A stretch of DNA of 64,000 bases from Polyangia bacterium (GTDB lineage: Bacteria; Myxococcota_A; Polyangia; JAAYKL01): NCBI GenBank assembly GCA_046484285.1, contig JAWOBP010000186.1, positions 10,178 to 74,177 on the forward strand, in the 5' to 3' direction. Under the pieces are notes generated by a model. It ran no database searches, had not been told where the DNA came from, and saw only the letters and a program-made list of their open reading frames with translations. This document shows, piece after piece, positions 54,984-63,088 of this stretch. Made by a program: the position numbers and the translations under genes. How positions within the stretch are numbered: position 1 is the stretch's first letter; every line of letters begins with the position of its first letter.

Positions 54984-56045
54984 TCAGTGGGTATGGCAGA
55001 TGCGGCACATCTTGTGCGAGGTGCGCTCGCCGGCCGGAACGGGCGGGGTCCAGCCCGGAGGGTGCGGGTCGACGCCGCCGGTGCTGTGGCAGCGCAGACA
55101 GTTGGAGGCCGGGCCCTGGTCGTGGCAGGCGGCGCACTCGTTGATCCTGCGGCGCGCGGCCCTGCTGTGCGAGTCGGCCGCGCCCGGCGTCATCCAGCTC
55201 GGCGGATGCGGGTTGCGTCGGCCGAGCCGGCCGCCGACGCCGTGCTGCTCGTGGCACGAGGAGCACGACGATCTGCCGTGGCACTTCATGCAGCTCGTAT
55301 CGCCGGTCCGCGCCTCGAGCGAGTGGCGCGTCATCCAGTCGCCCTGGTGCATGAAGCTGCGGTCCACGCGCTCTGGAAAGCGCAGCGAGGGACGCTGGGT
55401 CATCGTGCGGGCGTGGCAATCGGCGCAGTAGGCCTGGTCGTGGCAGACCGCGCAGGTCTGCTCGCCGCCGGCCGCGGCCCTGGCGCCGTGGCGATCGAAG
55501 AAGCCCTTCTCGTGCGAGTAGATCTCGCCCGACGGCACGCGCTGGTAGAGGTCGAGGCGGTGGTGGCAAAGCTTGCAGTCGCCGGAATCGAGATCATCCT
55601 GGTGGCAGGTATTGCACTCGACGTGGCCGGGCAGCAGGCGGTTCTCCGGGGTAACGTCCACCGCGTGGGCGGCGTCGCCGTGGCAGTCGGCGCAGTCTCC
55701 CGAGCGCTCCTGGTGGAGCTGGTGCGAGAAGACCAGGTGCGTGGGCTCGAGCCGATCGTAGCTGTCGGGAGCGTCGGTGTTGGTGTGGCAGGTGCCGCAT
55801 TCCTCGGCGCTCTCCACGTCGTGGCAGTCCGCGCAGCCGGACATCGCGGGCAGCGCCTCGGCCTCGCGATCGACGTCCTCGGCGATCCCGGCGTGGCAGT
55901 AGTCGCAGTCGACCCCCATCTCGGAGTGCACGTGGTGGGAGAACAGGATCGTGTCCGGGGCGTCGCTGGTGGCCGCCGAGCACGCCACCACCGCGGCCGT
56001 GACGGCCGAGAGCAGCAGTCCCTTGTTGCGCGAGAGTCTTGTCAT
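54984..56045 (-). CDS. multihaem cytochrome c lipoprotein (13 CxxCH motifs)
   Basis: [22 protein letters not shown] lipobox; CDYCH, CADCH, CGTCH, CADCH, CNTCH, CKLCH, CAVCH, CADCH, CMKCH, CSSCH, CAACH, CLRCH, CRICH. Confidence 0.75.
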   Translation of the reverse strand: MTRLSRNKGLLLSAVTAAVVACSAATSDAPDTILFSHHVHSEMGVDCDYCHAGIAEDVDREAEALPAMSGCADCHDVESAEECGTCHTNTDAPDSYDRLEPTHLVFSHQLHQERSGDCADCHGDAAHAVDVTPENRLLPGHVECNTCHQDDLDSGDCKLCHHRLDLYQRVPSGEIYSHEKGFFDRHGARAAAGGEQTCAVCHDQAYCADCHARTMTQRPSLRFPERVDRSFMHQGDWMTRHSLEARTGDTSCMKCHGRSSCSSCHEQHGVGGRLGRRNPHPPSWMTPGAADSHSRAARRRINECAACHDQGPASNCLRCHSTGGVDPHPPGWTPPVPAGERTSHKMCRICHTH

Positions 56046-57574
56046 TGCTCGTACCCCCGCTCGACGAAGTTCACGTCGAAGTTGTAGCTGAGCTTTAGCA
56101 TTCCGCGGACCTCGTGCTCGGCGTAGGGAGTGATGCCGGCCGCCACCGAGCCGCCGGTCTCGATGGTCCCGTTGCCGTAGAACAGCCCCACGTCGCCCAG
56201 AAAGCCCAGGTCGGTGTTTTCGATCTTCTGGTCGTAGAGATCGAGATAGGCGTTGGCCGCTGCCCGCAGGCCGGGCAGGGCGATCGGCACGATCGCTCCC
56301 AGCCGCAGCGAGTGGGCACCCAGCTCGTCCTGTCCCAGGCGGTGGTAGTCGAGCCGCACCAGCCCGTCGTTCCTTTCTCCGTAGCGCAGCAGCGCGCCCG
56401 CTTCGATGTCGTAGCCCAGCTCGGTCTCGGCGCCGTACCCGCTGGAGCTCCCAGCGTCGAAGCGCTCCTCGACGTAGCTGTAGAAACGATGGTGATATCC
56501 GGCCGAGAAGCTCAGCCAGGCGAGCGGGTCGACCCGCACGGCGCCGCCCACCGAGTCGTACTCCTCCATCGAAAACACAGAGAAGATTGACATCTTGGAC
56601 AGGTAGAGGGTCGGATCCGCGTGCCGGTAGTCTGCGGCGATCGAGACCATCTCGTGAGGATAGAGGTCGACCGCGAAGTTCGCCTCCTGGAGGCGCTTGG
56701 CCACCAGGTCGAGCGCCGCGTTGCCGCTGGCGCCCAGCCAGCTGAGCGGAGTCACGTCGAGGTCGACGCCGAGCAGCTGCCTGTCTATTTCGTCGAGCTC
56801 GGTGACGTGCAGCATCGAGACGCCGGCCGAGATCTTGCCTGTCATGCGGTAGAAGACGCGGCCGCCGACCGCGTAGTCGCCCTCGCGCTCCCAGTCGCTC
56901 AGGCCTCCGCCGAAGTCGCCGTAGCTCGGGTTGGCCGGCTGCTCGCGGTACCACTCGGGTCCGAGGTAGGGAGAGACGACCAGCCCGCCGTGCGCCTCGA
57001 TCCCGAGGTGGATCGGCGATTCGTACGAGGCGTAGAGGCCGTCGATGTGCAATCCGCGCGTGGCGCCGGTGTAGATCTGCTGGCGACCCAGCCGGACGTC
57101 GGCCCCGTAGTCCCTGAACTGCACGTAGAGGTAGGTCGGGTCGGCGACCGCCCGCTGATCGAAATACACGTCGGCCAGATCGACTCCGGCCCACCCCTGG
57201 AAGTGGACCGACAGGCCCGGGTGACCCAGCTCGTCTGCGCGCAGCTGAACGGTCTCGTAGAAGGGGAAGACCTTCATCGACCGCACGCCGTAGGCGCCGC
57301 CGCCCAGGTTGCGCATCCGGGCGCGCCGGGTGAAGAACATCTCCGAGCGCAGGCTGCCCGAGACCATCGGCCTGGGAGCGTCCGGGTCGTAGGGCTCGGG
57401 CTCGACCTCGGGAGGATCGGAAGCCGGGTCGACCTCGTCGCCGCCGTCTTCGCCTTCGGCGTCGCCGGTCTCTTCCGTCGCCGCCTCTTCTGTCTCTTCC
57501 TCGTCTTCCGCCTGGGCAAAGACCGAGCCCGGGGACGCGACGAGCAGGCCGATGGAAATCAAAACGGCGCGCAC
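56042..57574 (-). CDS. outer-membrane beta-barrel (porin-like) protein with acidic N-terminal extension
   Basis: Signal peptide MRAVLISIGLLVASPGSVFAQA; Glu/Asp-rich approx 60 aa then beta-strand-rich body ending ...NFVERGYEQ; 4-nt overlap with cytochrome gene. Confidence 0.6.
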   Translation of the reverse strand: MRAVLISIGLLVASPGSVFAQAEDEEETEEAATEETGDAEGEDGGDEVDPASDPPEVEPEPYDPDAPRPMVSGSLRSEMFFTRRARMRNLGGGAYGVRSMKVFPFYETVQLRADELGHPGLSVHFQGWAGVDLADVYFDQRAVADPTYLYVQFRDYGADVRLGRQQIYTGATRGLHIDGLYASYESPIHLGIEAHGGLVVSPYLGPEWYREQPANPSYGDFGGGLSDWEREGDYAVGGRVFYRMTGKISAGVSMLHVTELDEIDRQLLGVDLDVTPLSWLGASGNAALDLVAKRLQEANFAVDLYPHEMVSIAADYRHADPTLYLSKMSIFSVFSMEEYDSVGGAVRVDPLAWLSFSAGYHHRFYSYVEERFDAGSSSGYGAETELGYDIEAGALLRYGERNDGLVRLDYHRLGQDELGAHSLRLGAIVPIALPGLRAAANAYLDLYDQKIENTDLGFLGDVGLFYGNGTIETGGSVAAGITPYAEHEVRGMLKLSYNFDVNFVERGYEQ

Positions 57575-57575
57575 G

Positions 57576-58145
57576 TCACACTCCTCCGTCGCCGGACGCG
57601 AGGTCCACGTTGCCGTTGAGGTGGATCTCGGAGCTCAGTCCGCCGTCCAGGTAGGCCGAGGCGTGGCAGCTCGCGCAAGCCGAGTCGTCGGGGTGCGGAT
57701 CGAGCGGGGGCAGCCCGTGGCAGTCGCCGCACGAGACCTGCTCGGTGTCGTCCCAGCGGGGCGCCGGGTTGCTTCCGCCGCTCAGCGTCCCGCCGTGGCA
57801 GTAGACGTTCACGCAGCTAGCACCGTCGAAGTACGGCTCGGCTCCGCCGGCCGTGGCCAGGCCGCCGTCGGCGAACACGACGTCGACCACCGCGTCGAGG
57901 TGATCCTGGGAGAACCACTCACCGGGAATCCGGTGGCAGTCCTCGCAGGTCATGCCCGGAGCGCCGAACGGGCCGCCGGTGCTCATGTGGAGCTGATGGG
58001 CTCCGGAATCGGGGTTCATCGAGTGGCACATCTCGCAACCGTCTCCGCCCGCGTCGCCCTCGTCGTCCCTGACTTGCAGGCAGGAAGTCGAGGCAATGCA
58101 TATCAATGCGATCGGTACCAAGCGCCATTGCTTTTCGGGGATCAT
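57576..58145 (-). CDS. secreted/lipoprotein multihaem cytochrome c (about 5 haem sites)
   Basis: MIPEKQWRLVPIALICIASTSC leader; CEMCH, CEDCH, CHGG, CGDCH, CASCH. Confidence 0.6.
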   Translation of the reverse strand: MIPEKQWRLVPIALICIASTSCLQVRDDEGDAGGDGCEMCHSMNPDSGAHQLHMSTGGPFGAPGMTCEDCHRIPGEWFSQDHLDAVVDVVFADGGLATAGGAEPYFDGASCVNVYCHGGTLSGGSNPAPRWDDTEQVSCGDCHGLPPLDPHPDDSACASCHASAYLDGGLSSEIHLNGNVDLASGDGGV

Positions 58146-58441
58146 CGGCCGGGACCTCCTGGGGCTTCGACCCGCGTGTAAACGCCGGTCTCTGACTGAT
58201 TTCTCCAGAGCGTCAACGCATGTTTTTTTTGTAACGGAGCACCGAACCGGGGCGAGTGTCGCCAATCCAGGCCACAAAATCAAGAGCTTGCTGACAAAAA
58301 GGGCAATATCAAACTGACTGAACGAAAACTAAAGATACAAATTCAATGTATACCATAAAAGTGCTGAATAGCCCATTCTATATTACACCAAACTACTGCT
58401 ATATAAGTTGTTGTCAATTGGCCAGTTTTTTACTTGAATTG

Positions 58442-58480
58442 ATAGCCTAGCGGCTATAAAAAAGGCGTGTCTTGTGACAC
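58442..58480. promoter_or_regulatory. two adjacent palindromes (ATAGCC-N4-GGCTAT and GTGTC-N4-GACAC) in AT-rich divergent control region
   Basis: Read directly, 40-80 nt upstream of the 58522 cytochrome gene; surrounding 58290-58520 is conspicuously AT-rich. Confidence 0.3.
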
Positions 58481-58521
58481 GGGTAACAATTCCGGTATCG
58501 ACTCGATTCTCGGAGATCGAA

Positions 58522-60069
58522 ATGAATGGAGCAGGGAAATTGAAAAGAGTCTCGTTGCATTTGGTATTTTGGGCCTCGAACGCCTTTTTTCTGGCGGCCG
58601 TGCTCGCGATCGGTTGCGACGGCTCCTCGGGCGCCTCGAGCTCGGCCGACGCGGGCGACACGGACAGCCAGACGGACGGGGCCGACACCGAAGCGGCCGG
58701 CCCGTCAACCTGCCTCGAGTGTCACCTCGATGAAGATGCCCTGATCGCCAGCCTGGAGGCGGATCCGCTGCCCGAAGAGGAAAAGGAGGAGGAGGAATCC
58801 ACCGGCGAAGGGTGAGGCGGAGAGTTGCCTCCGTTGGAGGCATGGGAGAAGGTCCTGGTCTCCGAGGATTTCCTCGCGGATCGCCACTTCGCGGAGTTCT
58901 TCTTTTCGGACTGCACTTGGTGCCACGGCGGAGATGATTCCGCCGAGGCGCGCGCCGCGGCGCACGAGGGAATGGATCCCTACCCCTCGCTGGCCGACAG
59001 CGAGATGTGCGGCGGAGCCTGCCACGGCGACGAAACCGAGATGTTCCACACCGGCCTGCACTACGACAACCGCGGGATAGTCCACCCCGAGCGCAGCCAG
59101 ATCGCGCTGCGCGCCGGAGAGGAGACGCTGCCGGCGATCCAGGAGGCGCTCGGCAACCACTGCGCCGACTGTCACTCCAAGGCCTGCGGAGACTGCCACA
59201 TCACGCGGCCTCGCTACTCCGAGGGCGGGTTCGTCAAGGGGCATGTCTTCTATTCGACCCCCAAGGCGACGCTCAACTGCACCGGCTGTCACGGCAGCCG
59301 GGTCGAGAAGGAGATGCTGGCCAAGGGCGGGTTGGATTTCGAAGGCGAGGTGGTCGAGACGAAGTACGACGTGCACTGGAACCCGAACGCGATGTCGTGC
59401 GACGTGTGCCACGGGGGCCACGACGCCGACCTGGCCGAGGTCTACCACCGCTACGACCGGCCCGACGCCCCGCGCTGCGAGGACTGCCACCAGCAGCAGA
59501 TCACCGACGCGGGCAACCAGATGCACGCCGTCCACGCGCTGGCCGGAGGCGAGGCCCCGATGCTGCAGTGCCAGGTCTGCCACTCGCAGCCCTACAACAA
59601 CTGCCGCGGGTGCCACCTGAAGCAGTCCGAGCAGGGCAGCTGCTATTACGATCTCGACAAGTCGTGGTTCGATTTCAAGATAGGCAAAAATCCGCTCGAG
59701 AGCGCAGAGCGGCCGTACGACTACGTGGTGTTGCGCCACGTTCCGGTGGACCGCGACACCTTCTCGCACTACGGCGACGATCTGCTGACGAGGTTCGACG
59801 ATCTGCCCACGTGGAAGTACGCCACGCCGCACAACGTGATCAAGGAGATCGATGTCGACGGCGAGCCTCAGCCGCCGCCCCAGGCCAGGGGATGCAACAG
59901 CTGTCACGGGCACCCGGAGCTGTTCCTCACCGCCGAGGTGGTCGAGCAGGTGGATCCCGAAGAGCTCGAGGCCAACTCCGAGGTTATCGTGGACTCGATT
60001 CCCGGGCCACTCGAGGGAGACGGAGGGCCGGGGCCCGGTCCGGACGGCGGTCCGGACGGCGGGGTGTAG
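58522..60069 (+). CDS. multihaem cytochrome c lipoprotein (11 CxxCH) interrupted by a single in-frame TGA at 58813-58815
   Basis: ORF1 58522-58815 (signal + lipobox LAIGC, DS/DT linker, CLECH) and ORF2 58825-60069 (10 CxxCH, no signal peptide, TTG 'start') are in the same frame separated only by TGA; stable hairpin TGCCTCCgttGGAGGCA 11 nt downstream of the TGA. Confidence 0.6.
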
Positions 60070-60143
60070 CAGCGCGGTGAAGAAGAGGTGATTCGTTTTT
60101 TCAATTGCCGGCCGCGGCCGGCCAAGAAAAGGAGAGAGAAGAC

Positions 60144-61250
60144 ATGAAGAAGAGCTTTTTGTTGTGCTTGCTGGCTGTGGGACTGCTCGCGTTTCCACTG
60201 TTGACGGCGGGATGTGGCGACGATGACGACGGCGGATCCGGAGACGCGGACACGGACGCGGACACCGACGCGGACACGGACGCGGACACCGACGCGGACA
60301 CCGACGCGGACACTGATTCCGACTCCGACACCGACGGCGACGCCGACCTGCTGGGCGATGTGTTCGGTCCGCTCGACGGATATGTGGACGACGAAGAGAT
60401 CAAACCGGTGATCGCTCCCGATTCGATTTACAATGACGTGGTCGTGGGCGGCAGCGAGGACTACCAGCTGATCGACGTGCGCCCGGCGGACCATTTCTCC
60501 GGCGGCCACATCGAGGGCGCGGTCAACTTGCCGTGGGGAGAGGACTGGGCCACGAGCACGGTGCTCGACGAGATCGACGACTCGCTGGCGCAGGTCATCA
60601 TCTGTCACACCGGCCACCGGGCAAGCTACCTGACCGCCTATCTGCGCCAGCTCGGATACGACGCCTACGCGATGAAGTTCGGCATGATGGGCTGGACCGG
60701 CGACCTGGACGTGATCGGGCTCGACGCCACCTACTGCAGCAGCTCGGCTCTGCCCGGCGACTACGCCACGGTCAGCGAGGCGACCGAGGCTACGACCGGA
60801 GATCTGCCCACGATCGAGTCCGACAACAGCGGCGACGACCTGATCATGGAGCTGGCCGGAGCCTACTTCGGCCTCGATGGCCAGCCCCCGGTGGTCAAGC
60901 CCCCCGACATCTACAACGACGTGATCGTGGGCGGCTCCGAGGACTACTACATGGTCGACGTGCGCAAGGCCGAGCACTACGAGGCCGACCACATCGAGGG
61001 AGCGGTGAGCATTCCTTACGGCACGTGGAACGACGAGATCGTCCTCGAGTCCATTCCAATGGACAAGAAGATCGTGACGATCTGCTACACGGGCCACACC
61101 GCCAGCCAGATGGCGATGATCCTGAGCGAGGTGGGCTACGAGGCCTACGCGATGGCCTACTCGATGATGGGATGGCACTCGGACACCGAGATCATCGGCA
61201 GCGAGGGCATCTGCTCCTGCGACGCCGATTACCCGGTGGTGACCGACTGA
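60144..61250 (+). CDS. tandem-rhodanese (sulfurtransferase-like) lipoprotein with (DADT)n linker
   Basis: Lipobox LLTAGC; two rhodanese modules with active-site loops CHTGHRA and CYTGHTA. Confidence 0.7.
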   Translation: MKKSFLLCLLAVGLLAFPLLTAGCGDDDDGGSGDADTDADTDADTDADTDADTDADTDSDSDTDGDADLLGDVFGPLDGYVDDEEIKPVIAPDSIYNDVVVGGSEDYQLIDVRPADHFSGGHIEGAVNLPWGEDWATSTVLDEIDDSLAQVIICHTGHRASYLTAYLRQLGYDAYAMKFGMMGWTGDLDVIGLDATYCSSSALPGDYATVSEATEATTGDLPTIESDNSGDDLIMELAGAYFGLDGQPPVVKPPDIYNDVIVGGSEDYYMVDVRKAEHYEADHIEGAVSIPYGTWNDEIVLESIPMDKKIVTICYTGHTASQMAMILSEVGYEAYAMAYSMMGWHSDTEIIGSEGICSCDADYPVVTD

Positions 61251-61377
61251 AGAGGAAGAAATCGAGCAGGAGCCGAGCCGGCAGAACCAAATCTGACATT
61301 GAATACGGTGCCGGCTCGCTCCGTCGATGAAGTAGAAAGGGAAGGGAACGAGTTTCGTTCACAAACGGAGGTGAGCA

Positions 61378-61599
61378 ATGAAAAAGCTACTCGTCGGCTT
61401 GGCGGCTGTTTCCATGCTGGTCAGCACGGTCGTGATGGGCAGCGTCTCGCTGAACAAGCCCCACAAGGGGATGGAGGGCAAGGACGGCGACAAGATCAAC
61501 TGCGTCTATTGCCACAACAAGGCGGGCAACCCCAAGGAGGGCAAGGACTACGACAAGTACAAGAAGGGCCCGTACTGCAAGAAGAGCGGCTGCCACTGA
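61378..61599 (+). CDS. small secreted Lys-rich cytochrome c (CVYCH plus CKKSGCH sites)
   Basis: Signal peptide MKKLLVGLAAVSMLVSTVVMG; 73 aa; one CxxCH and one CxxxxCH. Confidence 0.5.
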   Translation: MKKLLVGLAAVSMLVSTVVMGSVSLNKPHKGMEGKDGDKINCVYCHNKAGNPKEGKDYDKYKKGPYCKKSGCH

Positions 61600-61711
61600 G
61601 CGGTTCGGCTTCCATTTCCACCTTCGCGCCTCGCAACAACCACCGAACGGCGCCGGCGTTCCGATGTTGGGATCGCTTGGAGCTCGCCGGTTGAAGCGCT
61701 AAGCTTCGCCC

Positions 61712-63076
61712 GTGGCCTACTGCCCGAACTGCGGTTACGAGACGGAACTCAAAAGGGGCATCTGTCCCCAGTGCGGGGCCGATCTGGTTTCGAGCGATCG
61801 GCCCGAAGGGGACGGTGCGAAGAGCAAGACGTTGTCGTCGGCCGGGTTCGCCGGAGCCGACATCGATCTCGGCGACGCCGGAGGCGAGAGCGGCCTGGAG
61901 CTCGCGGTTGATCCCCGTGCCGCGGAGCCCTCTCCGGTCGACGCGGGGCTCGATACGGCACCGGCCGAGCCGGACGGTCCGCGCGAGGGTTCTGACACGA
62001 GAGAGCCGCCCTTGGGGGATTTTCCCGAGATGGAGGTGCGCGCGGCGTCCGGTTTCGGCTCGCCCGTCGAGGGACTGCGCGGAACGCTGCGCTACGGCTG
62101 GTGTGTCTACCGGCGGCGGCGCGAGCTGGCCCGCGAGCTGGGGCAGGCGCTGGAGGAGAGACGCGAGGCGGAGCTGGGGCTGCTGGAGTCGCGCGCCGCG
62201 CTGGGCAGGAGGGTGCCGCGAGTCCTGGACGGCAACCCCGAGCTCGACGAGGCGGTGGGGCTGGCGTTGCGCGCCGACGGAGAGGTCTCCGGCGCGGCGC
62301 GCAGGTGCGAGCGGATCGATGCCGATCGGCAGCGTGAGCTGGGCGGGCTGGATCGAAAGGCAGGGGAGCTGGAGGCCGAGCGCCGCGCTCTCGAGTCGAA
62401 AAGAGAACAGGCCGAAGACCTGTTCGATCGCGCCGACACGGATCACAGGAGGGCTGCGGCTGTCCTGGATCGCGCCGAGATCGAGCTGCGCAATCTGCGG
62501 GAGCTGATCGAGCGCAGGCAGAAGGACTACGCCGACCTGGAGCGGCCCGACGAGGAGCGCAGGCGACTTCTGGACGAGATCGCCCGCTACGACAAGCAGC
62601 AGTCGCCGGTGATCGAGCGGATAAAGACTGCGCGCGAGGAGGTGCGTCGGCTCGAGGAGCCGGCGTCGCGAGCCCGGGAGCGGGTGGCCGGGGCGCGGGA
62701 GGAGCTGGAGCGCTGCCGGCGTCGCATCTCGGAGCTGCAACGCGAGCGGCGGCATGGGGAGCGCAGGTTCGACAAGGAGCTGGAGAGCGCCTCGGCCGAG
62801 CTGGAGGGGGAGGCACACCAGGCCAGCGAGGCCTGGGCCGCGGTGGGAGATCTGGCCGGCGGCGCGGATCTGAGAGGCACTCCAGCCGAGCCGGCGGCGA
62901 ATCGCGTGGCGGCGGCGCGGGAGCGCTTCGGTGGAGCCGCGAGGAGAGAGGCGCTACTGGCGCGGGCCAGGGACTCGCACGACGCGCGAGCCTACCGCAA
63001 GGCCGAGCTGACGGCCGCGGCGCTGGCGGCCGGCCTGCTGGCGCTGGTCGTGGCCACAATCGTCTTGCTGAGCTGA
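61712..63076 (+). CDS. zinc-ribbon / coiled-coil protein with C-terminal TM anchor
   Basis: MAYCPNCGYETELKRGICPQCG zinc ribbon; long Arg/Glu-rich coiled coil; C-terminal LTAAALAAGLLALVVATIVLLS. Confidence 0.5.
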   Translation: MAYCPNCGYETELKRGICPQCGADLVSSDRPEGDGAKSKTLSSAGFAGADIDLGDAGGESGLELAVDPRAAEPSPVDAGLDTAPAEPDGPREGSDTREPPLGDFPEMEVRAASGFGSPVEGLRGTLRYGWCVYRRRRELARELGQALEERREAELGLLESRAALGRRVPRVLDGNPELDEAVGLALRADGEVSGAARRCERIDADRQRELGGLDRKAGELEAERRALESKREQAEDLFDRADTDHRRAAAVLDRAEIELRNLRELIERRQKDYADLERPDEERRRLLDEIARYDKQQSPVIERIKTAREEVRRLEEPASRARERVAGAREELERCRRRISELQRERRHGERRFDKELESASAELEGEAHQASEAWAAVGDLAGGADLRGTPAEPAANRVAAARERFGGAARREALLARARDSHDARAYRKAELTAAALAAGLLALVVATIVLLS

Positions 63077-63088
63077 AGAAGACTCGTT

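Noticed and set aside
58825-60069. Treating the second cytochrome ORF as an independent gene starting at TTG
   Set aside because: No signal peptide, no RBS, same frame as the upstream signal-peptide ORF with only a TGA between; an exported multihaem cytochrome cannot be made from it alone, so it is reported as one interrupted gene.
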